DNA of 64,000 bases, from the NCBI GenBank assembly GCA_000934665.2, contig KZ538465.1, positions 1 to 64,000 of the forward strand. Reading direction: 5' to 3'. Shown here piece after piece: positions 38,208 through 50,302 of this stretch (the stretch's first letter is position 1; the number at the start of each line of letters is the position of its first letter). The DNA comes from Catajapyx aquilonaris. Its lineage: Eukaryota. The translations under genes and the position numbers were made by a program. Below the pieces are notes generated by a model that had not been told where the DNA came from, did no database searches, and was given only the letters and a program-made list of their open reading frames with translations.

Positions 38208-38760
38208 CTAGTGTGGCTTTTCTCCAGTACGTGATGACTTTTTGCTAGAATGACTTTTCTCCAGTACATGACTTTTTGCTAGAATGTGACTTATCTCCAG
38301 TACGTGAATTTTTGTTAGAATGTGACTTTTCTCCAGTACGTGAATTTTTGCTAGAATGTGACTTTTCTCCAGTACATGACTTTTTATTAGAATGACTTTT
38401 CTCCAGTACATGACTTTTTATTAGAATGTGACTTTTCTCCAGTACATGACTTTTTGTTAGAATGTGACTTTTCTCCAGTACTTGAATTTTTGCTAGAATG
38501 TGACTTTTCTCCAGTATGTGATGACTTTTTCCTATTATGTGACTGTTCTCCAGTACATGACTTTTATCCAGCATGTCATTTTTTTCCAGTGTGTGACTTT
38601 TCTCCAGAACCTGACTCTCCAATATGTGACTTTTGGCTAGTATGTGACTTTTTTCCAGAGTGTGACTTTCCAGTGTGAGACTTTCTCAAGTGTGATGACT
38701 TTTTACTAGCATGCGACTTTCGTCCAGTACGTAACTTTCCAGTGTGTGACTTTTCACCAT
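38208..38760 (-). repeat. ~30-bp minisatellite derived from the HTGEKS/P zinc-finger linker, spanning the CDS end and 3' UTR
   Basis: Unit (cat)gtactggagaaaagtcacattctagcaaaaa; the last copy reads TGEKPH. Confidence 0.85.
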
Positions 38761-39664
38761 TGTCTGACTCTTCTACAGCGTTTAGCTTATTGTCTCTGTA
38801 GTGTATTTTCAAGTGTGCGCGCAAATTGTATTTGACGGAAAAAGACTTGTTGCAGACAGCGCATGTGTAAGGCTTTTCCCCAGTGTGAGTCTTCAGGTGT
38901 CTGGTTAATGAGCTTTTTTCAACAAATGACTTGCGGCAAGTTTTGCATTTATGTAGCTTTTCCCCGGTATGACTTCGAACGTGCTCGTCGAGAATACTTT
39001 GGCATGAAAATGGCTTGTCGCAATACTCACACCGCAGACACTTGTCCTTGTGAAGCTTTATGTGCCTCCGGAAGCTTACTTCGTTCACGTAAGTTTTTGG
39101 ACAATGCTCGCAAGTGAAGGGTCCCGCATTCATATGCTCGCTCTTAATGTGATTGGCCAATTGTTCCGGATGACCATACGCTCTGCTGCAAACCTTACAC
39201 TTAAACGGGATCTCCCCAGTGTGAGCAGTTCTCTTGTGACGTTTCAACGTGCACAGCTGAGAAAACCGCTTCTTGCATTTTGCACATTTGAAAGGCTTGA
39301 CCTTGGTGTGGATGCGAACATGCATTTTTAGCCGGAAGTGGTTCTGAAATGACTTGTTGCAATATTTGCAAGTGTGAAGCTCCTCGCCCGTATGAAACTT
39401 CATGTGTTCTACCAGGCTCCTTTTGCGCTTGTACCTTTTAGAGCAATGATAGCATTCAAAACGCCTACGAGCCTTTTTGGCAAGTGGGTCTCTATCTTTG
39501 GTTTTGGCTGGTTCGACCACCATCTCTTCCTCGTCTTCATCATCTTCTTCAAGCTTGATCTTCGCAGCAGGATCTTCCAGCGCCAGAGGATCCGCCTGAT
39601 CCGTACCCTCCGAAGTATCTTCCCCCAGAATCGGCTCCTCCTCTTCAATCTTAACTTGAGCCAT
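38576..39664 (-). CDS. C2H2 zinc-finger protein (8 fingers) with linker-derived C-terminal repeats; spliced 5' UTR extends to ~41000
   Basis: MAQVKIEEE...DPL...IKLEE leader; HTGEK linkers; UTR exons inferred near 39733-39788, 40585-40788 and 40898-41000. Confidence 0.92.
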   Translation of the reverse strand: MAQVKIEEEEPILGEDTSEGTDQADPLALEDPAAKIKLEEDDEDEEEMVVEPAKTKDRDPLAKKARRRFECYHCSKRYKRKRSLVEHMKFHTGEELHTCKYCNKSFQNHFRLKMHVRIHTKVKPFKCAKCKKRFSQLCTLKRHKRTAHTGEIPFKCKVCSRAYGHPEQLANHIKSEHMNAGPFTCEHCPKTYVNEVSFRRHIKLHKDKCLRCEYCDKPFSCQSILDEHVRSHTGEKLHKCKTCRKSFVEKSSLTRHLKTHTGEKPYTCAVCNKSFSVKYNLRAHLKIHYRDNKLNAVEESDNGEKSHTGKLRTGRKSHASKKSSHLRKSHTGKSHSGKKSHTSQKSHIGESGSGEKSHTGKK

Positions 39665-39799
39665 GGTCGCTAAATATCAACAAATAAAGACATGTAAGTG
39701 CAATGAAAGTGTACATCAATTATGCAAATTTACCTAACAATATATTGTTGGTTCCTCTTAGTCTTCTCTTTGCTCCTGAACTCTCCCTGCAAAGTCATG

Positions 39800-40540
39800 T
39801 GTATTAATTAATTAATGCATTATGTATTATTATTAATGTACTGCTAATCTAATCTTATGCATTATTAATGTATGTTATGTGTTATTAATGTACGTTATGT
39901 GTTATTAATGTATTGCTAATGTATTATTAATGTACTGCTAATGCATTATTTATGTATGGTTTGTGTACTTTGTGTATTATTCATGCATTGTGTATGTATT
40001 GTTTGTGTAATTTGTGTATTATTCATGTATTGTTTATGTAGTTCGTATTGAATGTCTTATGCATTGTTAATGTATTGAATGTCTTATGCATTGTTAAGGT
40101 ATAGAATGTCTTATGCATTGTTAATGTATTGAATGTCTTATGCATTGTTAATGTATTGAATGTCTTATGTATTGTTAAAGTATATAATGAATTACTTATG
40201 TATTCTGAATGTATTTCATGTTTTACTTACATATTCTGAATGTATTACTTATGTATTCTGAATGTATTTCATGTATTACTTATGTATTCAGAATGTATTT
40301 CATGTATTACTTAGGTATTCTGAATGTATTTCATGTATTACTTATGTATTCTGAATGTATTTCATGTATTACTTATGTATCCTGAATGTATTTCCTGTAT
40401 TCCTTATGTATCCTGAATGTATTTCATTACATGTATTACTTATGTATTCTGAATGTATTTCATGTATTACTTATGTATCCTGAATGTATTTCCTGTATTA
40501 CTTATGTATTCTGAATGTATTTCATGTATTATTGTATGTA
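39800..40540. repeat. Intronic AT-rich minisatellites (~28-29 bp)
   Basis: ttacttatgtattctgaatgtatttcatg and tgaatgtcttatgcattgttaa arrays. Confidence 0.88.
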
Positions 40541-41274
40541 CTTATTTATGCAAGTGTTGGGTAATATTATTGTGCACACAATTTACCAAAAGCGGTCATT
40601 GTGGTAACCACCTCCTCTTATTGTCCTGTGAGCCTTATTTTCCTCCCTCTCAGATATGGTGACTCTCCGCCAGGACTCCCTTATTCCAGCGGCAGCTCTC
40701 CAGGCCTAGCTGCTTCTTCATTCATCCTGGAGCCATCACCAGCACCTCCATCTTCCTCCTCCAGCAGCAGTGACGCCCATGAATCAACCTGTCAAAAGAC
40801 CGAAAATAGGTCAATCAATTTTATTGCGCCCTTCCAATATATATAATCCCCCCACCCCAACCCCTCATCCTGATGGCTGCGTCTCTCTCCCTCTCACCTG
40901 ATGGCCTTGCGTGGGCTGCCGCCTTTTGTCCCCCGCCGTCGTCTCAGACGCGTCTCCATGGTGACACTCCCAGAGAGAGACGCACACACTGGAAGGGCGG
41001 CACAGGGGGTCTCGCAAAGTAGTGGCAACAAGCACCTACAGTGTGATTGCGAAAAAAAGAAAGAGCGAAGAAGTATAGAGTGGGTAGGTGTGGCCTCCAA
41101 GCGGCCAGGAGGGGAAGCACGCTGGGGGGCGTGTTCCAGCGGCTGTCGTGACGTCATGGTCGCGTTCGAACGGCTGCCGTGTCGACGTCACATGTCGCTC
41201 GGCGGCCATCTTGGTTGGCCAAATTGAAGCCGCAACAATATACCTTCTGGCCACGACCACAACAACGAACAACA

Positions 41275-43337
41275 ATGGTCATCACGTGTGTTGCTCGCGG
41301 CTGCAACAATCACTTCGTGAAGGAGGCGCCCGTCGGATTCTTCCGCTTCCCGCACCAGGGGCAGGAGGCGGAGAGGAGGGCCCGGTGGCTGGCGGCCGTC
41401 GGGAGGGTGGGGAGGGACGGGCAGGAATGGGAGCCCACCAAGAACCATCGCCTCTGCGGAGCTCACTTTGCACAAGGTACGTCATCACATGGCAAAGCCA
41501 CAGTAACGTTCGTTGGTGTAGTAGTGGGCATGGGGCACCAACAAACGGTCAATTTCGGCATGTTCGGTTTAGACTACATGGTAAAACCACAATAGCGTTC
41601 GTTTCAGGCATGGCAAATAAGCCACAATAACGTTCGTTTGAGCCTAAAACGAACGTTATCGTGGCTTTGCCATGACTAATAAAATTGGCCATGGTAAAGC
41701 CAGGATAATGCTGGTTTTAGGCATGGCAAAGCCACAATAACGATCTCCTTCAGTTATGGTAAAGCTACAATATATAACGTTCGTTTTAGGCATGGCAAAG
41801 CCACATTAACGTTAGTGTATGGATGGTAAAGCCGCAATAACATTCGTTTTAGCCTAAGACGAACGTTATCGTGGCTTTATTACCATGCATAAAAGTTTTA
41901 GTCATGGTAATGCCACAATAACGTTCGTTTTGGCCTGAAACTAATGTTATCAGGGACTAACCATGCCTAATTCTTCTAGGTATGATTAAGCCACGATAAC
42001 GTTCGTTTCAGGCATGACAAAGCCACGATAACGTTCGTTTTGGCATGCAGCGACGCATTACCGGCAATAACTGTAGCGGATACAAAACCAACAATCAGCA
42101 CCCGCAGCTTCCTGGTGCTCTCAATTCACTAAAAAGATCATGCAGGGCGACATACCGTGCCTGGCAGGGTCACAAGACTGAGCATAATGACTTTCCTAAT
42201 TTGTTTTCAGGCCGACCTGCCAGATATTGGGAGAGAAAGCATCCGGATTACGTACCCCACATCTTCCCTTGCGTTACGAAGAAGAGAAAGGAACGTCCTG
42301 CGAAGAGACTGGTCCGCTCCACACGAGCCAAGAAGCAACAACGGAAGCCAGTTGCTGATGAGCACAACTATAACAGCATCGAGCCAGAAGAAGAAGAAGA
42401 GGCTGTTGAATCCTGCCGTGAAGATGATCCCTTGCCAAGCTGTGAAGATGATCCCATGCCATCTCTCGTACGTGAGAACAAGATGCTGCTTTCAGAGGTG
42501 CAATCCCTCCGGAAGGAAGTTCACGACCTGAAAGAAGAACTTCGGAACGCTCGGTGGGGTTCGGACAAAATCGCAGACAATGATAAGAGGACCAGGTTCT
42601 TAACCGGGATTCACAGTTACAAGCTATTCCTCTGGCTGCTTCATTGGGTGGAATCCGCAGTTCCCAACTCCTTCTGCAGCCTGACGAAAGCAGATCAGAT
42701 GCTACTGACGCTGATGAAGCTAAAGCTGGGTCTGCTCAACAACGATTTGGCGCTAAGATTCCAAGTGTCTGCCTCCACTGTGTCGGATGTGTTCAGCATG
42801 TGGCTTCAAGTGTTACATATTCATATGACGCAACTGATTTTGTGGCCTGAAAGACAAGAGGTCAGACGGAATCTGCCGAGTGTGTTAAAGAAGCTCTATC
42901 CGACTGCTATGGGGATTGTTGACTCTCTTGAATTTCACGTAAAAGCCAACTGCAAACACCAAACGCGTAATGTTCTGGTATGCGTATCACCGACCGGATG
43001 CATTTCTTATGTATCGAAGTGCTGGAGCGGAATAGTGTCCGACAAAGTTTTGACTAATTTTTTGCCAAAGTTAACGCACGGTGATGTTGTGCTAGCAGGT
43101 CAAGGATTTAACGTTAAAGACGTGGGCGCGTACGGAGGAAGATTGGTCGTTCCGGCGTTCCCTACAGGGAAAGCGCAATTGTCGGCAAACGAAGTCCGAG
43201 CGGACATGCAAAGAGCAATTGGCCGACTGAAGACATTCCGGATACTTCAAACGCCGTTGGTACAAGCCTCGGAGGCTGACGATATTGTCAAAGTTTGCGC
43301 CGCACTTACCAACATGTATCCCACACTTGTTACGTAA
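41275..43337 (+). CDS. THAP, HTH and DDE_Tnp_4 (Harbinger/ISL2EU-type) transposase-derived protein, apparently catalytically inactive; exons 41275-41476 and 42211-43337
   Basis: THAP C2CH (CVARGC...FFRFP...W...LCGAHF...YVPHIF), EHNY motif, coiled coil, LLTLMKLK...DLALRFQVS HTH, degenerate DDE core; ORF uninterrupted. Confidence 0.87.
41488..42047. repeat. Intronic array of CATGGCAAAGCCACAATAACGTTCGTT units in both orientations (same family as 4165-4666)
   Basis: About 13 units; inverted copies near 41650, 41860 and 41945. Confidence 0.85.
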
Positions 43338-43670
43338 GAAGAAGAAAATGTACCTAAAATTGTTATGGTAAATGGATCAAGATAAAAAAGATAATTTGTG
43401 TACGTAAATTATTGGAGCGTAATTATCTGGAATCTTCAACAATTTGTATTTCAGATTGATGTACATTGAATCTTGTTATCAGTTGAAAAAAAAAAGAATG
43501 AAATACATGAACATAAATAACAACAAATACAGTTCATGATAAATATGTCATTATTTACGCCACATTTTTCCTGCTATTTTAATTACAATGGTGTTTGCTA
43601 TGGAGAAATGTTACGTACAAGTAGTTTAATTTTTCAGCCAAGCGCAAACTTTTTATCCGCAGAAATGAGT

Positions 43671-44504
43671 TCAAGTTTCAGTGACATTTTGCTTACACCT
43701 TTTCATGTGCGTGTTCAGATCATGTTGCGATCCGACGACGTTCATGCACATTTTGCATTTGTACAGAACTTTAATCTCGTGCTCTCGAACCATGTGACGC
43801 TTTAGCAGATCGTACCTAGAGCACGACGAATCGCAAAAATGGCACTGGAACGGACATCCCGATGTCCACGAATGTTCCGTCAACTCCTTCGGATTCTGAA
43901 AAACCTTGCGACAAGTGATGCAAAGGAAGGATTTCGCCTTGTGATGACGATCCATATGCAACTTCAGATGCTGAAGCAACTGATACGACTTGTAACACAT
44001 TTTGCATTGGTAAATCTGCTTGGGTTTAAACCCCGAGTTGTTACCTAACGCAACCTTCGTCTCGACCCCGTCTTTGAGCGGATATGACTTTCCGCATGCC
44101 CTGCACGTGTGTGACTTTTCAGCTGCATTCACGGCCTGATTATCGCAGATGTCCGCCGACTTCTCATCAGGATGGATCTGGCCGTTCGATAGGCAATATT
44201 TGCATGTGAAGACTGTGATGTAGAGCGATATGCCTGAGCTTCCCGGTGTTATATCAAGGGGATCGCACACCAAGTCGTCCGGCGCCGCGACTCGAACCGT
44301 TTGCTGCTCCAGCTTCACCAGTCCTTCGGGCGTGAATCCAACGGCCTCCTCCGATGCTTCAGTCTTCACGTCTTCTCTCATCTGAAACGATGCGTCTTCC
44401 AAACAGTATGCTGAAGTCTGCTCCTGAAGCTGAAGCATCCAATCTTCAGACACGACAAACTCTTCCTCCTCCTCTTCCTTCACCTCTTCTTTGACTTCCA
44501 TCAT
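43671..44504 (-). CDS. C2H2 zinc-finger protein (about 4 fingers plus degenerate ones)
   Basis: MMEVKEEVKEE...VKTE...VKLE...DPL leader; CxxC...H motifs. Confidence 0.85.
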   Translation of the reverse strand: MMEVKEEVKEEEEEEFVVSEDWMLQLQEQTSAYCLEDASFQMREDVKTEASEEAVGFTPEGLVKLEQQTVRVAAPDDLVCDPLDITPGSSGISLYITVFTCKYCLSNGQIHPDEKSADICDNQAVNAAEKSHTCRACGKSYPLKDGVETKVALGNNSGFKPKQIYQCKMCYKSYQLLQHLKLHMDRHHKAKSFLCITCRKVFQNPKELTEHSWTSGCPFQCHFCDSSCSRYDLLKRHMVREHEIKVLYKCKMCMNVVGSQHDLNTHMKRCKQNVTET

Positions 44505-44945
44505 GGCTCCTAGGGGTTAAGTGTTCGTAATTACATGGCCTACACATGCACATTGTAATTAGGCAGGATAATTACTGTAATTACCGGATAATTAGGGAAG
44601 TACTTGCTGGATTATTGAGACCAACAATGCCTCATCAGGACTAGATCTGTCTATAGAGAGGGTAGGTGGCGCTGGATGAAGACAAGGGGAGAAGCGGGAG
44701 ATGTTGGAACTAATAATGGCGCATTCCCACGGCTGCTCGACTGTTCTTCCAAAACGGCGATAGGAACACGCCCTCAACCTAATCCAAGATGGCGACCGTC
44801 TCTTTCCTTTAAGAAAAAGTATGTTCCTCTGAAGCATTTCCTTTCATTTCCGCCTCCTTTGGTGTCCTGCCTTCCTTTTTTCAACTCGATTCTGGTTCAG
44901 AATCGTCTGGACCATCATCTGAGGACTCCTAGAGGAGCACAAGCC

Positions 44946-46649
44946 ATGTCTCCAGTCACCCTGGAGTCTCTGATGGAAGTGTCTCTAGGCAACAGGAGGC
45001 TTCTGGAAGGATTGATGTCACGAATGGACTGGTGCCAGGAGGCCATCGGGAGGGTGGAAGGGTGGATGAAGAAGAAGGAGAAGCGTGGAAGGGAAGGTAC
45101 GCATGAAGGAGGAACAAGGGCGTGTGGATCGGATGACAATGCGTCTTGCATTCCAGAAGATGCTTCAGGCCAGTCCCTTCCCACCGAGTCTGTTTCTGTC
45201 AACCCTGGAGACGCAGGCAGCGAGTCAATGCCTGCGTATAACCCTAAAAAGGAAATAAAAGTGGAGGAAGAGGACTGGGAACAAGAGCAGGTGAGGACAA
45301 GATCATGTGCTGTTAAGGCCCATTCACACAGGCCTTCGACGGTTTTGGTTTTAGTTTTGGTTTTGGACCAATCAGACCAATGAGAGAGTTGACAAAATAA
45401 ATTAAGAGTATTTTTCAGGGGAGCTGGAACATAGACTTGGAAGCAGATACAGCCAAAAACATCAGCAAAATTGAAGCCCTTGTCATCGGCAATGTCGATT
45501 CAGAAGCAACCTCAACTGATCTTCCGGTCATTGGAGAAGTTCATTCCTGTGGGATTCAAGGATCGTACCTGCTCCATGAGGGAACACTGAAGCAGGAGAT
45601 GGGTATGGAGAGTGAGTTACTGAGCCAGGTATGGTCATTATTTGATTTGCACAGTATGGTGGTGACATAAGCATACCCTTCGATACTTGACCATCGTAAG
45701 ATAGTAAAGATAGGAAAGCAGTTTGCTGTAAGTGATTTAAGTAGCACTGGTGAGAACAAGAGCAGGAATTTATTGATTAGTCATATTGAATATTGCAGGT
45801 TGATGAAACAGAAAAGGAGGAAATAGGTGACCTGACATTGCGTGTGAATGACTCCAGCGTTGAACATGCCCCATATTCTCCGTCAGCTGACGATCCTGGC
45901 TGTGGCTCAAGTCGGGGAAAAAACCAAAGGACACAAAGGAAGGTATGTTTCTCTTGGTGTTAATCACGACAACTTGAAATCAATATAAAACTGCATTACT
46001 TTTGAATTCTTTGTAGTGCAAGCAACTTATGCAGCCAACTGAAAGAGAGAGTCGGAAGGACACTGATGGCTTCTCTGCTCAGAATTGTGGGACGTCAGGT
46101 GCTTTGGAAATGGTGAAAGGAAAGGAGATGCCGGGACAGAAGTGGCATCGGTGTGATCTGTGCTCATATAAGACTCAAAACAGGGGGTCATTCCACAGAC
46201 ATAAAATTGTTCACGGAAGTCGTGAAAAGTGTTACTGTTGCACTGCTTGCGATAAGCGATTTACGAGAAACCACTCCATGAAATTGCATTATCAGGCTGT
46301 CCATCTTGGTGTAGCTCCTTACTCTTGTGAAGTGTGCGATAGGAAGTTTAGTGAGAAGAGGGGGTGGAAGAACCACAAGATGATCCACACTGGCAAGAAG
46401 CAGCATTCGTGTCAAGTGTGCAAAAAATGCTTTACTCTACCCGCAGAATTGAAGTATCACATGCAAATTCACACTGGAAAAAGAGGATTCCACTCTTGCT
46501 ACCATTGTGGCAAATTGTATGAGCACAAATCTCGATTGGTTGAACATTTGAGGACTCACACTGGTGAGAAGCCGTATTGTTGCGACATATGCCAGGGGAA
46601 GTTTGCTCATCATACTTCCTTAATTCGTCACAAGAAAACCCACACGTAA
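44946..46649 (+). CDS. C2H2 zinc-finger protein (6 fingers); 4 exons approx 44946-45290, 45419-45628, 45799-45942, 46017-46649
   Basis: In-frame GT-AG joins; N-terminal amphipathic helix, IKVEEE motif, HTGKK/HTGEKP linkers. Confidence 0.85.
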
Positions 46650-47284
46650 GCAAGGATGTAGAGTCGCACTTAATTTGGAATAATATTTGTATCCATTTGT
46701 GCCTTAATTAAACAAAATATGAATGAAATTTTTATGGAACTATTTACGCAGTTTAATGTGTAACTACTTACATAATTATATTATTTGCTAGATTCAATAT
46801 AAAACAATTAATGAGGACAGACTGGAATTTCCTGAAAAAATCAATGAAAACGACAATGAATAAATTTATGGTCAAATTTAATGTGACGGGAAGTTTCACG
46901 TTCAACAGATTACAACGTACCATTCGTACACGAGTAAAACACTGTCTTACTGGCACATAATCACAATTAGAGTTTGGCTTTACATCGAACATTGGATTGT
47001 GACATTAAAATGTACCCTGCTTGTTACCTTCTGGGCATCAAGTACTTACATAAAATAGTTCTGCAAATGCGATTAGATTGTATGGATGGAAAGTCAATTG
47101 AGCCTTTTTTTCTTCTTCTTTAAATCCTCACGAACAATATGGTCCAGGTAGTTACACAGTCTTATTGTTAATTTCTCGTAACGTGAAAACGGCTTAACAA
47201 CATGAACACATTTACAAAAATGCAACATACATAAATATATGGACATAAATAAATTTGTTTCCCCCTCTTCATTCTTATTGTCAA

Positions 47285-48079
47285 TTAGTCGACAGCATGT
47301 ACTTTCATGTGCCGCTTCAACTTGTACGGATGGATAAACGACTTATCGCAAATGTCGCATTTGCAAGGCCTCTCCTTGCTGTGCCAGCTCATAATGTGAC
47401 CTTTCAGATTCTTACGTGAACTGAAGCATTTGCTGCAGGTCTCGCATTGGTGCGGCTTCTCCCCCGTGTGCTTCAGCACATGCCCGGCCAGCACGTACCT
47501 GGAGAAGAAGGACTTGCCGCAAAACTCGCACTGGAAGCGACTCTCCTTATCATGAATCGATTTAGTGTGATGATTCAAGCTACGTACGGACGCGAAGTGA
47601 TTGTCGCAAGTGCGGCACCTGTACGGCTTCTCGTCCTTATGAGCAGTCTTCATGTGCTCCAGTATGCTGCTCATTTGCGTGAATTGCACGCCACACTCTT
47701 TGCACATGTACGGATACTCTTCGTGTTCGGCCATGTGCACCCTGAGCTTCTCTGCTGAGCTGAACGACTGGGTGCATCGGCTGCATGCAAATGCATTGTT
47801 TGCGGCGTATATTTTCAGCCGGTTATCCTGCTGGATGGGCGATGTCGATACGACATGCGTTAATGACTCGTCGTATACAGCCGGTGGGTCGGAACTACCG
47901 GCGTCTTGTACTTCGGTGGCGGATTCAGTCGCTTTAAGCACAGCTTCGTACTCCTCCAGCTCCCCCTGAACGATGGGACTGGGACGACCTTCCTGTTTGT
48001 ACTGCAGCGGCCACGGCTCATCCAGAACAATGAAGTCGAACTCCTCGACTTCTCCCTTGACTAGCATCAGATTTGACAT
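47285..48079 (-). CDS. C2H2 zinc-finger protein (6 fingers)
   Basis: MSNLMLVKGEVEEFDF..W leader similar to that of the 44504 gene; HTGEKP linker. Confidence 0.9.
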   Translation of the reverse strand: MSNLMLVKGEVEEFDFIVLDEPWPLQYKQEGRPSPIVQGELEEYEAVLKATESATEVQDAGSSDPPAVYDESLTHVVSTSPIQQDNRLKIYAANNAFACSRCTQSFSSAEKLRVHMAEHEEYPYMCKECGVQFTQMSSILEHMKTAHKDEKPYRCRTCDNHFASVRSLNHHTKSIHDKESRFQCEFCGKSFFSRYVLAGHVLKHTGEKPHQCETCSKCFSSRKNLKGHIMSWHSKERPCKCDICDKSFIHPYKLKRHMKVHAVD

Positions 48080-48514
48080 GTCGTCTGAAAGAGGAGGCTT
48101 TTAAGTGACAATGCGCTATCTACTTACGAGTTGGTAGCCTCTTCTAAGTAATACCTTCAGTACTTTCCATCATGATGATTGCAGCTGCAGCAACAGGTGG
48201 ATCCTCCTACGCTTTGATAAGGGAAAGACCCCTTTTGAAGTCCTGCAATTGGGCGGTTACCCCATGTTGTTTGTGGCTCCAGGCGTCCGGGGGTCGTCTC
48301 CAGACCCTTCCAGGCTGGACAAATCCAGCTGGAAAATATACGAAATATGTCTGGACATGTGAAAAATTTGGAGAGAAAAAAAAAAAAGAGCAGCCGACGA
48401 CGCCCCCCCCCCCCTTCGATTCAAAGAGAGGGTAGGTGGCGCCCTACTAATTATAGTGAGCAAAGGTAGAATTAATCTGAATATGCCCATTGCAGGGCCT
48501 GCTGTCACGTGACC

Positions 48515-48520
48515 TAATCA

Positions 48521-48586
<66 letters not shown>

Positions 48587-48728
48587 ATTATTATTGTTGT
48601 TGTTGTTGTTATTATTATTATTATTATTATTTGTTATAAGCCACGCGCTTATTGGTATCAGTTAAGAATAATTATTTATTATTAATAATAAATAATGATG
48701 GCGATGATGATGACAATAATACTAATAC

Positions 48729-48777
<49 letters not shown>

Positions 48778-49270
48778 CAAAAATTATATAGTTACGGAGT
48801 GATAAAATGAAACTGATCAAATGAAAATAATAATTTATTATTCAAAAATTAGAAATCAGCAGTAAATGAAAATAAAACAAGTCAACATTAAATAGAAGGA
48901 TGATATGTGTATAATAAAACAATAGCATTAAATATAATACGTGGGATATTATGGAAAATATACGTGATGTTTTAAATAATAATGAAATGTAATAAATCTA
49001 CTAAACAAAACAATGAACAATGACAGGTGAAATAGCCTACTGCTATCCTGCTAATAAAATAAATTAATGAAAATCAATTGATCAAAATGAAATCGTAATA
49101 AAATAAATTAACAATCAATTGATCGAAATGAAATTGTAATAAAATAATAATTAACAATCAATCGATCGAAATGAAATTGTAATAAAATAATAATTAACAA
49201 TCAATTGATCGAAATGAAATTGTAATAAAATAAATTAACAATCAATGGATCGAAATGGGATTGTAATATC
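48515..49270. repeat. (TTA)/(TTG)/(TAA)n microsatellites and ~40-bp minisatellite
   Basis: aatcaattgatcgaaatgaaattgtaataaaa repeated 5 times. Confidence 0.8.
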
Positions 49271-49705
49271 AAATGTGTATAAAATTGACATATGAGAGAT
49301 AAAATGAGTGTAAAATGAGTGCATTAAATTGACACTTATTTGAGCATGAAATGGGTATACGAAATGAGCATAAAATGACAGACGAACTTTTCGCCTTTTT
49401 TATATGCAGAGAAGATTGCGTACATTCAATTTAACTGTACATAGGAATCGTGAATCATATAGTATAAGTGGGGCGACATTTAATGCTGTTAATTTTTCAA
49501 GCTCATTATTCTCAGTAATGAGGTAGTATAATGAAGATGGGGGCACAAATACATAAATATGATCATCTTGGTGTTCACGAGCTCAACGGGTTGAATTTTC
49601 GTCCCACTGCTTGTTATACTAGCACCACTATAACAAGTGCCAACAATGGCACTGCTAAGTTAGCAGTGAACTAGCAGTGGGACGAAAATTCAACCAATTT
49701 TGATA

Positions 49706-50302
49706 CTAAACCAATAATGCTTTGGCCTGCTTCTTTGAATGTAATTTGCTTCTGTGTCGCACTAGTGCAGATTTGGTCACGAAGGACTTCCCGCAATGTT
49801 TGCACGAGAACGGCCGCTCGCCCGTGTGCGTCCTGATGTGAATTGTAACCTGTCCGGCCGTCGTGAAGAGCTTGCCGCAAAACTTGCAGGGATGGAGCTT
49901 CTCCATGCTGTGAACTGTCCTGTGCAAAGCCAGGTCATGCCTAGTACGATACGATTCGCCACAAGTCTCGCACACGTATGTCGGAGCATCCGAGTGTGTC
50001 TTTGAATGCCGTTCTAAGTTACTCCTGTTGCTAAACGCCATGCTGCACACACCGCAATCGTACGGCTTCTCCCCGGTGTGTACCCGCCGGTGCAGGACCA
50101 ACACATTGTTGCGGGAGAACGACTTCCCACATGTCTCACACACATGGAGCTTAACCGTCTGATGCAAGCCAAGTTCAAGCGGATCATGAGCATCGTCAGC
50201 CGCATCCGGCGCAGCCACCAGCATCTCCTCCTCCTCCTCCTCTTCCGTCTTCACCTGAACCTGCCAAGTGTCCTCCTCAACCTTCACGTTCAGCATAGAC
50301 AT
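49706..50302 (-). CDS. C2H2 zinc-finger protein (5 fingers)
   Basis: Acceptor then MSMLNVKVEE...VKTEEE...DPL; HTGEKP and HTGERP linkers. Confidence 0.9.
   Translation of the reverse strand: MSMLNVKVEEDTWQVQVKTEEEEEEEMLVAAPDAADDAHDPLELGLHQTVKLHVCETCGKSFSRNNVLVLHRRVHTGEKPYDCGVCSMAFSNRSNLERHSKTHSDAPTYVCETCGESYRTRHDLALHRTVHSMEKLHPCKFCGKLFTTAGQVTIHIRTHTGERPFSCKHCGKSFVTKSALVRHRSKLHSKKQAKALLV

Noticed and set aside
40590..40959. METRLRRRR ORF as a separate gene
   Set aside because: Splices into a frame that stops after about 43 codons; best read as a uORF in the ZNF 5' UTR
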